Source: Geotalea daltonii FRC-32
Lineage (GTDB): Bacteria; Desulfobacterota; Desulfuromonadia; Geobacterales; Geobacteraceae
Assembly (NCBI RefSeq): GCF_000022265.1
Contig: NC_011979.1
Location: 1-32,000, forward strand
Reading direction: 5' to 3'
DNA: 32,000 nucleotides
Part shown: positions 1-11,803 of the stretch, piece by piece
Layout of the letters: each line of letters opens with the position of its first letter
Numbering within the stretch: position 1 is the first letter of the stretch
The notes under the pieces: model-generated
The model's database searches: none
What the model saw: only the letters and a program-made list of their open reading frames with translations
Told to the model about the DNA's origin: nothing
Program-made: the position numbers and the translations under genes

Positions 1-135
1 TTATCCCTTTTGGAAAATTTACCTTGCAAATTAAAGGTAGCTTTGTTACATTTCAACCACCATCGGCTAGATCAAAATATCTCTCCTTTTAGAAATGTAA
101 CAGACTGAAATTAATATGTTTATTTTTTCAACATC

Positions 136-144
136 TGTTGATAA
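136..144 (-). promoter_or_regulatory. DnaA-box-like 9-mer upstream of dnaA
   Basis: The plus strand reads tgttgataa; its reverse complement TTATCAACA matches the TTATCCACA consensus at 8 of 9 positions. It lies 41 nt upstream of the dnaA ATG in AT-rich sequence, consistent with autoregulation or an oriC flank. Confidence 0.4.
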
Positions 145-184
145 ATCTGTTTAAAAGTCACCTATCCAAGAAGGTCATATTCAA

Positions 185-1522
185 ATGGAAAAGATTTGGC
201 TTGAAGCCCAATCGAACATAAAGAAGGTCCTAACTCCGCAGACCTACAACACCTGGATCAAACCAATTCATTTCCACAACGTCAGTGACACCAATCTGAC
301 ACTGGAAGTTCCCAGCAAATTCATCAAGGAATGGGTCACTGAAAAATACCTTTCCATCATTATAGAGGCAATATCCTCTCTTACCAACATCAAATATCAA
401 GTTGATTTCAAAATAACGGAAAAATCCCAGGTGGAGAAAAAAAAGGTCGACCTTCAGGCTACTGAGAAGATCGAAAATGACTCCACCAGAAATGTTGATT
501 TCAATACCAATCTCAACCCTAAATACACTTTCGATTCCTTCGTCTGCGGTGCCAGCAATCAGTTTGCACATGCCGCTTCCCAGGCAGTGGCAAACAACCC
601 GGCCTGCAATTATAATCCTCTTTTCATTTATGGCGGCGTCGGCCTCGGCAAGACCCATCTTCTCATTGCAATCGGTAATCAGATCAGGGAAAACAATAAA
701 AAAGCGAAAATTTGCTATTACTCATCTGAAAAATTCATGAATGAGATGATCAATTCCCTCCGCTATAAAAAAATGGATGAATTTCGCAATAAGTTTAGAA
801 AAATGGACATTCTCCTCATCGACGACATTCAGTTCATGGCGGGAAAAGAAGCTACCCAGGAAGAGTTCTTCCATACCTTCAATGCATTATACGAATCGCA
901 CAAACAGATAGTTGTTACCTCGGATAAATTTCCCAAGGATATTCCTGGTCTTGAAGAAAGGCTCCGCTCGCGCTTCGAGTGGGGTTTGATCGCCGACATC
1001 CAGCCTCCCGACATTGAGACCAAGATAGCGATCTTAAAGAAAAAATCAGACTTGAACTCCATTACCCTGCCCAACGATGTGGCCCTTTTTCTTGCATCGA
1101 GTGCCACTAGCAACGTCAGGGAACTGGAAGGCATGTTGATCAGACTTGGAGCTTATGCGAGCCTCACCGGCAGTGAAATCAGCCTGAACATGGCCCGCGA
1201 CATTCTGAAAGATATAATTGTCGAAAAAACCAAAGATATTACCGTAGAAATGATACAGAAACACGTTGCTGATCATTTCAAAATCAAAGTATCGGAGCTA
1301 AAATCGGACAAAAGGTTGAAAACCTTCGTAATTCCGCGCCAGATAGCCATATACATCAGCAGGGAACTCACCAAGGCCTCCTATCCTGAGATTGGAGAGA
1401 GATTCGGAGGTAAGGATCATTCTACAATCATACATTCGGTTAAAAAAATCGAGAAACAGATGGAAAATGACCTGGAGATAAAAAACACTGTGGAAAAGAT
1501 GAAGAAGGAATTGATGAGTTGA
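185..1522 (+). CDS. dnaA: Chromosomal replication initiator protein DnaA
   Basis: 445-aa ORF with AAA+ Walker A GGVGLGKTHLL, Walker B LLIDDIQF, and a C-terminal DNA-binding helix-turn-helix region (IAIYISRELT...GGKDHSTIIHSVKKI). It is followed by dnaN-recF-gyrB. Confidence 0.97.
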   Translation: MEKIWLEAQSNIKKVLTPQTYNTWIKPIHFHNVSDTNLTLEVPSKFIKEWVTEKYLSIIIEAISSLTNIKYQVDFKITEKSQVEKKKVDLQATEKIENDSTRNVDFNTNLNPKYTFDSFVCGASNQFAHAASQAVANNPACNYNPLFIYGGVGLGKTHLLIAIGNQIRENNKKAKICYYSSEKFMNEMINSLRYKKMDEFRNKFRKMDILLIDDIQFMAGKEATQEEFFHTFNALYESHKQIVVTSDKFPKDIPGLEERLRSRFEWGLIADIQPPDIETKIAILKKKSDLNSITLPNDVALFLASSATSNVRELEGMLIRLGAYASLTGSEISLNMARDILKDIIVEKTKDITVEMIQKHVADHFKIKVSELKSDKRLKTFVIPRQIAIYISRELTKASYPEIGERFGGKDHSTIIHSVKKIEKQMENDLEIKNTVEKMKKELMS

Positions 1523-1662
1523 TGGGAAAAGCTGTTAATATTTCCCGACAGCTGTTGACAATTTAAGCGCGATGTTTAAAAACCTCCCAGCTGTCGTAAC
1601 TGCCAACAATCTTATAAAGTGAAAAAAATACGTAACTTCGGCTAATTAGCCATTGTATCAAC

Positions 1663-1671
1663 ATATCCACA
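1663..1671 (+). promoter_or_regulatory. DnaA box in the dnaA-dnaN intergenic region
   Basis: ATATCCACA matches TTATCCACA at 8 of 9 positions. It sits in the AT-rich 213-nt dnaA-dnaN spacer. Confidence 0.45.
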
Positions 1672-1735
1672 GCCACTATCTACTACTACTTAAAAGATTT
1701 AAAATATATTATTCGTATGTGACATGGAGGAGTAG

Positions 1736-2854
1736 ATGGAATTCAGCATCAGCAAAGAAACATTCACCAAAGCCTTACAGAAGATCCAGGGAATCGTCGA
1801 AAAAAGAAATACTATGCCCATCCTTTCCAATGCCCTCATTGAAGCAAGCAATGGCTTGTTGCATATTACGGCTACCGACCTTGAAGTGGGCATGAAAAGC
1901 TCATACCCTGTAACAATTGCCAAAGAAGGAAAGATTACCGTAGCGGCAAAGAAAATTTACGAGATTATAAAAGAGCTTTCCGATGAAGAAATAACCTTTT
2001 CCACAAAAGAAAATGACTGGATAGAAATCCATTGCGGCAAAGCTCACTTCAACATAGTCGGCCTTTCACCCGATGAATTTCCCTATTTTCCCAAGGTAAA
2101 CGACAACATTTTCGTTAATCTCAGCAACAACTTTTTGAGTGAAATGATTGAAAAGACCTCCTATGCAATCTGCACCGACGAGAGTAAATTCAATCTCAAC
2201 GGAATTTTCATAAAAGCTGCCAGCGAAGAAGGCAGAAATGTCATCAGGATGGTTGCCACCGATGGACATCGGCTGTCAGTCACAAATAAGGAATTTGAAG
2301 GGGCCATTAGCAACGAACTGAGCAAAGGGGTCATATTTCCCAAAAAAGGGATTTATGAGTTGAAGAAGATTGCAGAAGAAGAAAGCGGCGACATAATGAT
2401 GGGCTTCATGGATAACAGCGCCGTAATCAAGAAGGACAATACGGTTATTGTCATGCGCCTTATCGACGGGGAGTTTCCCGATTACACCAAAGTGATCCCT
2501 GCAAACAACGACAAGAAAGTAACAGTGTCCCGTGAGGCCCTGCTCCATTCACTCAGGAGGATGGCCATCCTCTCCAGTGAAAAATTCAAAGGTATAAAAC
2601 TGGATGTACGAAGCGGCAGTATCGAGATTTCTTCCAGCAATCCCGAGTTGGGTGATGCCAGGGAGGAGCAGGAGGTTCTATACGATGGCACTCCCTTGTC
2701 GGTGAGGTTCAACGCCAGATACCTGATCGATGTTCTGACTGTCCTCAGGGATGATCAGGTTGAGCTGGATCTCAGGGATGAGTTATCTCCAATAATAATG
2801 AAACCGATAGCAAAGGATGATTTCATGTCGGTGATCATGCCCATGCGTCTCTAG
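1736..2854 (+). CDS. dnaN: DNA polymerase III beta sliding clamp
   Basis: 372-aa ORF with a GGAGG RBS 7 nt upstream. The sequence is typical of beta clamps (N-terminal MEFSISKE...L, ATDGHRL, C-terminal MPMRL), and the gene sits directly after dnaA. Confidence 0.95.
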   Translation: MEFSISKETFTKALQKIQGIVEKRNTMPILSNALIEASNGLLHITATDLEVGMKSSYPVTIAKEGKITVAAKKIYEIIKELSDEEITFSTKENDWIEIHCGKAHFNIVGLSPDEFPYFPKVNDNIFVNLSNNFLSEMIEKTSYAICTDESKFNLNGIFIKAASEEGRNVIRMVATDGHRLSVTNKEFEGAISNELSKGVIFPKKGIYELKKIAEEESGDIMMGFMDNSAVIKKDNTVIVMRLIDGEFPDYTKVIPANNDKKVTVSREALLHSLRRMAILSSEKFKGIKLDVRSGSIEISSSNPELGDAREEQEVLYDGTPLSVRFNARYLIDVLTVLRDDQVELDLRDELSPIIMKPIAKDDFMSVIMPMRL

Positions 2855-2903
2855 AACTTTCCCTATCTAAGAAGGTTCAGCCACAGGGGACCAGCTCCCT
2901 GAT

Positions 2904-2934
2904 AAGGCCCCTCTCGAAAGGAGTGGCCTTTTTA
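2904..2934 (+). terminator. Rho-independent terminator after dnaN
   Basis: Stem aaggcccctc / gagtggcctt (10 bp, one mismatch), loop tcgaaag, followed by a T-run (ttttt). Confidence 0.55.
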
Positions 2935-2951
2935 ATGAAATAACAGTTGAG

Positions 2952-4046
2952 ATGAAATTAAATAAAATATATCTTCAGTCGTTTAGAAATCTTCAAGAGA
3001 CCATGCTGATGCCGGCTCAGCATTTCAATATTTTTTACGGCAATAATGGTCAGGGCAAGACAAATCTCCTTGAATCCATCTTTATTATGGCAACTATGAA
3101 ATCCTTCAAAACTGCAAGGAGCAGCGACCTTGTGCGGTGGGGTGCCATCAGCAGCCTTTTAAAGGGCTGGGTGGAGCGGGATGGAGTAACTAGAGAAATA
3201 GCTGTTTTCCTGGATAACCAGGGTAAAAAAATAAGGGTAGACCAGAAGGCTGTTACCAGAATAGATGATTTTTTTGGCCATCTGAATGTGGTGGTATTCA
3301 CTCCGGAAGAAGTGAACATGGTCAAGGGCCTGCCGGAGCTGAGAAGAAAATATCTGGACAGGGCTGTCTTCAGCAGTGATATCACCTATCTTTCCGTCTA
3401 TCATGCTTACAGCAAGATCCTGAAAAACAGGAACATGCTTCTGAAAAGGGGAGAAAAGGCCAGCTTTGACATCTGGACTGAAAAGCTTGTCGAACAGGGA
3501 AAAAATATCATCCTTTCCAGGCTTGCCTATCTCGACGCCCTTCGAGACTTGCTTAAACGCTTTTACCGCGAGATATCGGGAAATGAAGAGGCCGTGGATA
3601 TAAGCTACAGGCCTTATCATATGGATTTGGCTGACTGTAGAGGCGATGTGGCTGATGCTTTTGCAGAAGCCCTTGCTAAAACGGCGACGGAAGAAGAGCG
3701 CCGGGGAACGACCCTGGCAGGGCCCCACAGGGACGATGTGGAATTCATTCTCAACGGCAGACCGTTGAAACAGTTCGGTTCACAGGGACAGCAGAAGAGC
3801 TATGTGCTTGCCTTAAAAATGGCAGAAACTGAATACTTGCAGAAGAAATTCCACAGCCAGCCAATCTTTCTCCTGGATGATCTCAGCTCCGAGCTGGATC
3901 AGGAAAGGAAAAAAAACCTGATGGAGTTCCTGAAGAAAAGAGATATGCAGGTTTTCATCACAACCACGTCTCTGCAGAATATTAACGTTGATGAAATAGA
4001 AAACTACAGGACCTACCGGATTGAAGAGGGAAAGGTTCTACATTGA
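2952..4046 (+). CDS. recF: DNA replication and repair protein RecF
   Basis: 364-aa ORF with Walker A GNNGQGKTNLLE, SMC-like signature FGSQGQQKS and Walker B IFLLDDLSSELD. It occupies the canonical position between dnaN and gyrB. Confidence 0.93.
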   Translation: MKLNKIYLQSFRNLQETMLMPAQHFNIFYGNNGQGKTNLLESIFIMATMKSFKTARSSDLVRWGAISSLLKGWVERDGVTREIAVFLDNQGKKIRVDQKAVTRIDDFFGHLNVVVFTPEEVNMVKGLPELRRKYLDRAVFSSDITYLSVYHAYSKILKNRNMLLKRGEKASFDIWTEKLVEQGKNIILSRLAYLDALRDLLKRFYREISGNEEAVDISYRPYHMDLADCRGDVADAFAEALAKTATEEERRGTTLAGPHRDDVEFILNGRPLKQFGSQGQQKSYVLALKMAETEYLQKKFHSQPIFLLDDLSSELDQERKKNLMEFLKKRDMQVFITTTSLQNINVDEIENYRTYRIEEGKVLH

Positions 4047-6440
<2,394 letters not shown>

Positions 6441-6491
6441 TGACACAAGGGTGCTTTTCCGCCCTTATATGCCAATTGCAAAGAGGTCGTA

Positions 6492-9062
6492 ATGCTTACT
6501 CAAACTAACAAGGTAGCGGTCAACATAGAAGATGAAATGAAAAGGTCGTACATGGATTACGCCATGTCCGTCATTATCGGACGGGCGCTTCCCGATGTGC
6601 GCGACGGTCTGAAGCCTGTTCACCGGCGCTGTCTCTATGCCATGTATGACATGGGCAATGATTACAATAAGCCATACAAAAAATCGGCCCGTGTCGTTGG
6701 TGATGTCATCGGTAAATATCATCCCCATGGCGATACGGCGGTTTACGACACACTGGTGCGCATGGCCCAGGATTTCTCCCTCCGTTATCCGCTTGTTGAT
6801 GGTCAGGGGAACTTCGGATCCGTTGACGGAGATTCTCCGGCAGCCATGCGTTATACGGAAATCCGCATGTACCAGCTTGCCCACGAACTTCTGGCCGACA
6901 TCGACAAGGAAACGGTGGAGATGGGGCCGAACTACGACGACTCGTTGAAAGAGCCGCTGGTTCTGCCGGCCAAGTTCCCCAACCTGCTGGTCAACGGCTC
7001 TTCAGGTATTGCCGTCGGTATGGCGACCAACATTCCTCCCCATAATCTGGCAGAGGTCATTGACGGTATCGTTGCTGTCATCCACAATCCTGAGCTGACC
7101 TTCGAGGAACTTATCGCACTCATTCCAGGGCCTGATTTCCCTACCGCCGGCTTCATCTATGGGCGGGAAGGGATACTTTCAGCCTACTCTACCGGCCGTG
7201 GTATCATCCAGATGCGTGCCAGGGCCATCGTTGAAACCCACAAGAAGACCGAGCGCCAGTCCATCGTCGTCACCGAAATTCCCTATCAGGTGAATAAGGC
7301 AAGGCTGGTTGAAAAGATCGCCGAACTGGTCAGGGAAAAGAAGATCGAAGGTATTTCCGACCTGCGGGACGAATCGGACCGTGAAGGGATGCGGGTCGTT
7401 GTCGAGCTGAAAAAGGACGAGAATCCACAGATCGTTCTCAATCACCTTTACAAGCAGACCCAGATGCAGTCCTCCTTCGGCATCATCATGCTGGCCATCG
7501 TCAACAACCGGCCGAAGGTTCTTACCCTGCGCGAGACTATCAATCATTTCATCGACCACCGCCGGGAGATCGTCACCCGCCGCACTATCTTCGATCTGAA
7601 GAAGGCCGAGGCCCGTGCCCATATCCTGGAGGGCCTGAAAATCGCGCTGGACTGGCTAGATGCCGTGATCGAACTGATCCGCGGGTCTAAAAACCCGGCG
7701 GAGGCCAAGGAAGGGCTCATGTCCGGCATTTTTTCCGACGAGGAATGGCTGAAAAAGCTTGGCCTTTCCCTGCCGGCAAATCATGCCGAATATGCCAAAC
7801 CGGTCATGCTTTCCGAGCTCCAGGCCCAGGCCATCCTTGAGATGCGACTCCATCGCCTCACCGGCATGGAGCGGGACAAGATCATCGACGAATACCACGA
7901 GATCCTTCGGTATATAGCCCGTCTCAAGGAGATTCTCGCTTCGGAAACGGAGATCCTGAAGATCATTGTCGGCGAACTTCTGGAGCTGAAAGAGAAGTTC
8001 GGCGACAAACGGCGCACCGAGATCATCGATCAGACGGCGGAAATATCCCTAGAAGACACGATCGTCGAAGAGGATATGGTGGTGACAATTTCCCACACCG
8101 GATACATCAAGCGTAATGCGGTGACCATGTACCGTGCCCAGCGCCGTGGCGGCAAGGGCAAAACCGGCATGAAAACCAAGGAAGAGGATTTCGTAGAGCA
8201 GCTGTTCATCGCCTCTTCCAAGGATTACCTGATGTTTTTCACCGATGCGGGCAAGGTTTACTGGCTGAAGGTCTATGAAATCCCGGAAGCAGGACGGGCT
8301 ACCAGGGGCAAGGCTATCGTCAACCTGCTCAACCTTTCCGCCAATGAGAAAATTACAGCCATCCTCCCGGTCAAGGAGTTTGCCGCCGACAAATTCATCA
8401 TGATGGCCACCCGTCACGGTGTGGTGAAAAAGACGCCGCTTATGGAATATTCCCATCCGCGCCTGGGGGGGATAATCGCCGTCAACCTGGACGAAGGGGA
8501 CAAGCTGATCTCGGTAGCGCTCACTGACGGCCGCCAGGATGTGCTGCTGGCCTCAAGGAACGGCAAGTCCATCCGCTTCAAGGAGTCGGATGTCAGGACT
8601 GTTGGCCGGGTATCCCGAGGGGTGCGGGGCATGACCCTGGAAGATGACGATGTGGTCATCGGCATGGAAATCATCAACGAAGAGTACACCGATTCCACTC
8701 TCTTCACTGTCACCGAAAACGGTTTCGGCAAACGGACCGAGCTTGGGGAATACCGCTGTCAGTCCAGAGGGGGCAAAGGGATCATCACCATCAAGACCAC
8801 CGAACGTAACGGCTGTGTCGTCGATATCAAGCAGGTGGTGGACGAAAACGACCTCATGCTCATCACCGATCAGGGGAAAATCCTGCGGGTGCCGGTGGAA
8901 GGATTTTCGATCATCGGCCGCAACACCCAGGGTGTACGCCTGATGGTGACCGAGGACGACGAGCGGGTGGTGGCTGTTGCCCGGCTGGCCGAGAAAGAAG
9001 AAGATGACGCCGACGAATCCACTGATGGGGGCCTGGACACAGAGGTGGAAGAACAGGAATAA
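6492..9062 (+). CDS. gyrA: DNA gyrase subunit A
   Basis: 856-aa ORF with [28 protein letters not shown], the QRDR-region [11 protein letters not shown], the active-site region AAMRYTE, a C-terminal beta-pinwheel region and an acidic tail ([10 protein letters not shown]...EEQE). Confidence 0.98.
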   Translation: MLTQTNKVAVNIEDEMKRSYMDYAMSVIIGRALPDVRDGLKPVHRRCLYAMYDMGNDYNKPYKKSARVVGDVIGKYHPHGDTAVYDTLVRMAQDFSLRYPLVDGQGNFGSVDGDSPAAMRYTEIRMYQLAHELLADIDKETVEMGPNYDDSLKEPLVLPAKFPNLLVNGSSGIAVGMATNIPPHNLAEVIDGIVAVIHNPELTFEELIALIPGPDFPTAGFIYGREGILSAYSTGRGIIQMRARAIVETHKKTERQSIVVTEIPYQVNKARLVEKIAELVREKKIEGISDLRDESDREGMRVVVELKKDENPQIVLNHLYKQTQMQSSFGIIMLAIVNNRPKVLTLRETINHFIDHRREIVTRRTIFDLKKAEARAHILEGLKIALDWLDAVIELIRGSKNPAEAKEGLMSGIFSDEEWLKKLGLSLPANHAEYAKPVMLSELQAQAILEMRLHRLTGMERDKIIDEYHEILRYIARLKEILASETEILKIIVGELLELKEKFGDKRRTEIIDQTAEISLEDTIVEEDMVVTISHTGYIKRNAVTMYRAQRRGGKGKTGMKTKEEDFVEQLFIASSKDYLMFFTDAGKVYWLKVYEIPEAGRATRGKAIVNLLNLSANEKITAILPVKEFAADKFIMMATRHGVVKKTPLMEYSHPRLGGIIAVNLDEGDKLISVALTDGRQDVLLASRNGKSIRFKESDVRTVGRVSRGVRGMTLEDDDVVIGMEIINEEYTDSTLFTVTENGFGKRTELGEYRCQSRGGKGIITIKTTERNGCVVDIKQVVDENDLMLITDQGKILRVPVEGFSIIGRNTQGVRLMVTEDDERVVAVARLAEKEEDDADESTDGGLDTEVEEQE

Positions 9063-9106
9063 GCCGATTTCGGATTTCTCCAGCCCAGTTCCATCTGAAG
9101 GATGCA

Positions 9107-10669
9107 ATGCACCTGCGAAAAATAGATACAAGCCTTAATGACCGCCGTGGCATTCTTCGCCAGCTGGAAAGAGTGAAAGAGGAAAATATCAGTCTCGATG
9201 AGCTGGAAGAGATTGGCAGGTCCCTGAAAAAAAACGGGAAGTCCGCCCTTCGCCCCCTGGTGCGAAATCTCTGGCTGGAGAGGCGCGGTGACCTGATTTC
9301 AAGGTATACCTATCTTCTGGATTTTTTCGAGGATGAAGTCTGGATCGACCAGCTCATTCAGATTGCCCTGAAACGCAGGGACCTGGACCATGATGCCAAG
9401 GCGGCAATACTGGCGGCACTGGAAGGCTATGGTGTCGATGTGAGTCATCCTCCCTTTTCATACTTGTTCGCCGGTATCGCCAATAGCGCATCCATATCCG
9501 TACCGGAAGTACTGGACCGTGGTGAAGAAGGACTCATTTCTTTTATGGAAGAATTCCTTCTCTACCCGCAGGAAATCCGGTTGATGGTGATTGGACGGCT
9601 GCCGGAAGTTGGCAATCCCAAGGTGGTCGATTTGCTGCAGATTCTGCTCAGGCTTGATGATGGTGGGGTAACGCCGGCAACACTCGCTGCATTGGGAAGA
9701 ATCAGGGAAAAAGCATCTGCAGAGCTGCTGAGAAAATACTTGTCCCAGGCTGCAGAACCGTTGGCCGGGGTCGCAGCCCGAAGTCTGCGCCGGCTCTCTT
9801 TTCTTGGGGTCGATGCCGGTAATCTTTCAGAGCAGGATACCTCCCTCCCCTTTCACATCTGCTGTGCCGGACCGCCCGATGGAGACGGCTATCGTACGCT
9901 GTTTTTTTCCCGCACCAGTGGTGGGGACACCTTTGCCATTCTCTGTCTGCAGATCCATGAATTGATCGGCATAGTCGGAGCCAGGGGCAGTGCTTCGGTG
10001 GTCGGGTCGGAACTGGAAGAAGAACTTGCCGAGCTGCACGGCGAGGAAGAGGTAGTACCTGTTGAAGCGGATTATGCTCTTTGCCTGATGCAGGATGCAC
10101 TGTACCGGAACAGGGAGACCGGTACGGAACTGCCGGCAGAGTTTTATGTCCGTAGCGGCATGTTCAGTCGCGGCCAACTGGTGCCGGCCATCTATGAACC
10201 CCCTTTGCAACCGACGAAGGCAAAGATTCGCCTGACCAATAATTGCCTGGATGAAATAGCAGATGACGATTTCTTCTCCTGCTGGTTCATGACCGACAGC
10301 AGTGTTTATGGCTATGCCGCCGAATGGCGCGACCTCCAGCTCAAGTGCAGCGGCAGAGAGCTGACCCGGGGGCTTGAATTGATCCTGGCGCGGTTTTGTC
10401 AGGAACTTTTTCCGCACTCAGTTGAACGAATCCACCGGCGGCTGCTCCTGGTGGCAGATTTGATGCGCCGGGTGGGGCGTGACCCCCGGCTTGCCGAAAA
10501 GACGGCGGCCCTTGCCGGTAACGTTGTTGAATTTAAGCTGCCGTACCACTTTCACCCATTCTTGCGACGACTTGCCTTGGAAAGTATGGATATGGCTCGC
10601 GAGGCCATGGAAGAGGGTTTCGATACCCGCCGCTATGAATCGGAATCTGGCGAAGAATGGGATGATTGA
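9107..10669 (+). CDS. Hypothetical protein, 520 aa, possibly with helical (HEAT/ARM-like) repeats
   Basis: Long ORF with an AAGGA RBS 4 nt upstream of the ATG and coding-like composition. I recognise no catalytic motif. Segments such as LPEVGNPKVVDLLQILL...ATLAALGRIREKASAELL resemble HEAT-like repeats, but weakly. The C-terminus is acidic. Confidence 0.7.
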   Translation: MHLRKIDTSLNDRRGILRQLERVKEENISLDELEEIGRSLKKNGKSALRPLVRNLWLERRGDLISRYTYLLDFFEDEVWIDQLIQIALKRRDLDHDAKAAILAALEGYGVDVSHPPFSYLFAGIANSASISVPEVLDRGEEGLISFMEEFLLYPQEIRLMVIGRLPEVGNPKVVDLLQILLRLDDGGVTPATLAALGRIREKASAELLRKYLSQAAEPLAGVAARSLRRLSFLGVDAGNLSEQDTSLPFHICCAGPPDGDGYRTLFFSRTSGGDTFAILCLQIHELIGIVGARGSASVVGSELEEELAELHGEEEVVPVEADYALCLMQDALYRNRETGTELPAEFYVRSGMFSRGQLVPAIYEPPLQPTKAKIRLTNNCLDEIADDDFFSCWFMTDSSVYGYAAEWRDLQLKCSGRELTRGLELILARFCQELFPHSVERIHRRLLLVADLMRRVGRDPRLAEKTAALAGNVVEFKLPYHFHPFLRRLALESMDMAREAMEEGFDTRRYESESGEEWDD

Positions 10670-10717
10670 GTGGCTGAGAACCAACGAAGTCCCTGGTAAG
10701 ACAAAAGATCGGAGAAA

Positions 10718-11734
10718 ATGATGCTTATACCTGAAAAAATCGGGGTAATAGGGGCTGGCAGCTGGGGGACGACCCTGGCGGACCTTCTGGCAAAAAAAGG
10801 CCATGATGTTACGCTATGGGCCTACGAGCCGGAGCTGGTGGTGGAAATGGCCCGGACACGGTACAACAGCATTTTTCTTCCAGGAATATCGCTTTCGCCG
10901 GTACTCAAGTTCACAAACCTTCTGCAGGAGGCTGTGGCGGACAAAGGGCTGCTGCTGTTCGTCGTGCCGTCCCAGGTGACCCGCCGCGTGGTGAAAAACG
11001 CCCTTCCCTTTATGTCCCCTTCCGCAATCATTGTCAGTGCTTCCAAGGGCATAGAGGTGGATACGCTGATGACCGTTTCCCAGGTATACCGGGAATTGCT
11101 GCCCCATGAGCTTTACGCCAACTTTTCCGCCCTCTCCGGCCCAAGTTTTGCACGGGAAGTGGCTCAGGAAATGCCCACAGCGGTTGCGGTCGCTTCCGAA
11201 AGGGGCGACATTGCCAGGAAAGTTCAGCAGATATTCAATACCCGCAAGTTCCGCGTCTACACCAACAACGACGTTGCCGGGGTTGAGCTGGGGGGGGCAA
11301 TCAAAAATGTCATTGCCATTGCAGCCGGTATATCTGACGGACTTGGCTTTGGCCACAATACCAGAGCCGCCCTGATTACCCGCGGACTGGCGGAAATGAC
11401 GCGCCTTGGCCGGGCTCTTGGCGCCAAGGAAGCGACCTTTGCCGGTTTGGCAGGGATGGGAGATCTGGTCCTCACCTGTACGGGGGATCTTTCGCGCAAT
11501 CGTACCGTCGGCATGCAATTGGGGCAGGGAAGGCGGCTGGCCGAGATTCTCGGTGAAATGCGCATGGTTGCAGAAGGTGTGAAGACGACGGAGTCGGCTT
11601 ATAATCTGGCGGCCAGGCTCAAGGTGGAGATGCCTATTACCGAAAAGGTCTATGAAGTGCTTTATCAGGACAAACCGGCGCGCGAAGCAGTCCTGGAGCT
11701 TATGACTAGAGATCTGAAAGCGGAAGATTATTAG
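10718..11734 (+). CDS. gpsA: NAD(P)H-dependent glycerol-3-phosphate dehydrogenase
   Basis: 338-aa ORF with the N-terminal Rossmann motif IGVIGAGSWGTTLA and typical GpsA blocks (SKGIE, GGAIKNVIAIAAGISDGLGFGHNTRAALITRGLAEM, EGVKT). The start could be ATG 10718 or 10721. Confidence 0.95.
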   Translation: MMLIPEKIGVIGAGSWGTTLADLLAKKGHDVTLWAYEPELVVEMARTRYNSIFLPGISLSPVLKFTNLLQEAVADKGLLLFVVPSQVTRRVVKNALPFMSPSAIIVSASKGIEVDTLMTVSQVYRELLPHELYANFSALSGPSFAREVAQEMPTAVAVASERGDIARKVQQIFNTRKFRVYTNNDVAGVELGGAIKNVIAIAAGISDGLGFGHNTRAALITRGLAEMTRLGRALGAKEATFAGLAGMGDLVLTCTGDLSRNRTVGMQLGQGRRLAEILGEMRMVAEGVKTTESAYNLAARLKVEMPITEKVYEVLYQDKPAREAVLELMTRDLKAEDY

Positions 11735-11803
11735 ACAGTCAGCCGGATTCTTGTCGCAAGTCCTTTCCTTTCCATAAATATCTTGCCAGGCAAAAGGCCA
11801 CTT

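Noticed and set aside
1-9. ttatccctt at the window edge as a DnaA box.
   Set aside because: Only 6 of 9 positions match TTATCCACA, with the last three bases differing, and the left context is cut off by the window.
6726-6758. Thr in the GyrA QRDR ([11 protein letters not shown]) as a possible quinolone-resistance substitution at the position equivalent to E. coli Ser83.
   Set aside because: Thr is the wild-type residue at this position in many bacteria, and the Asp87-equivalent residue is unchanged. There is no basis for calling resistance.
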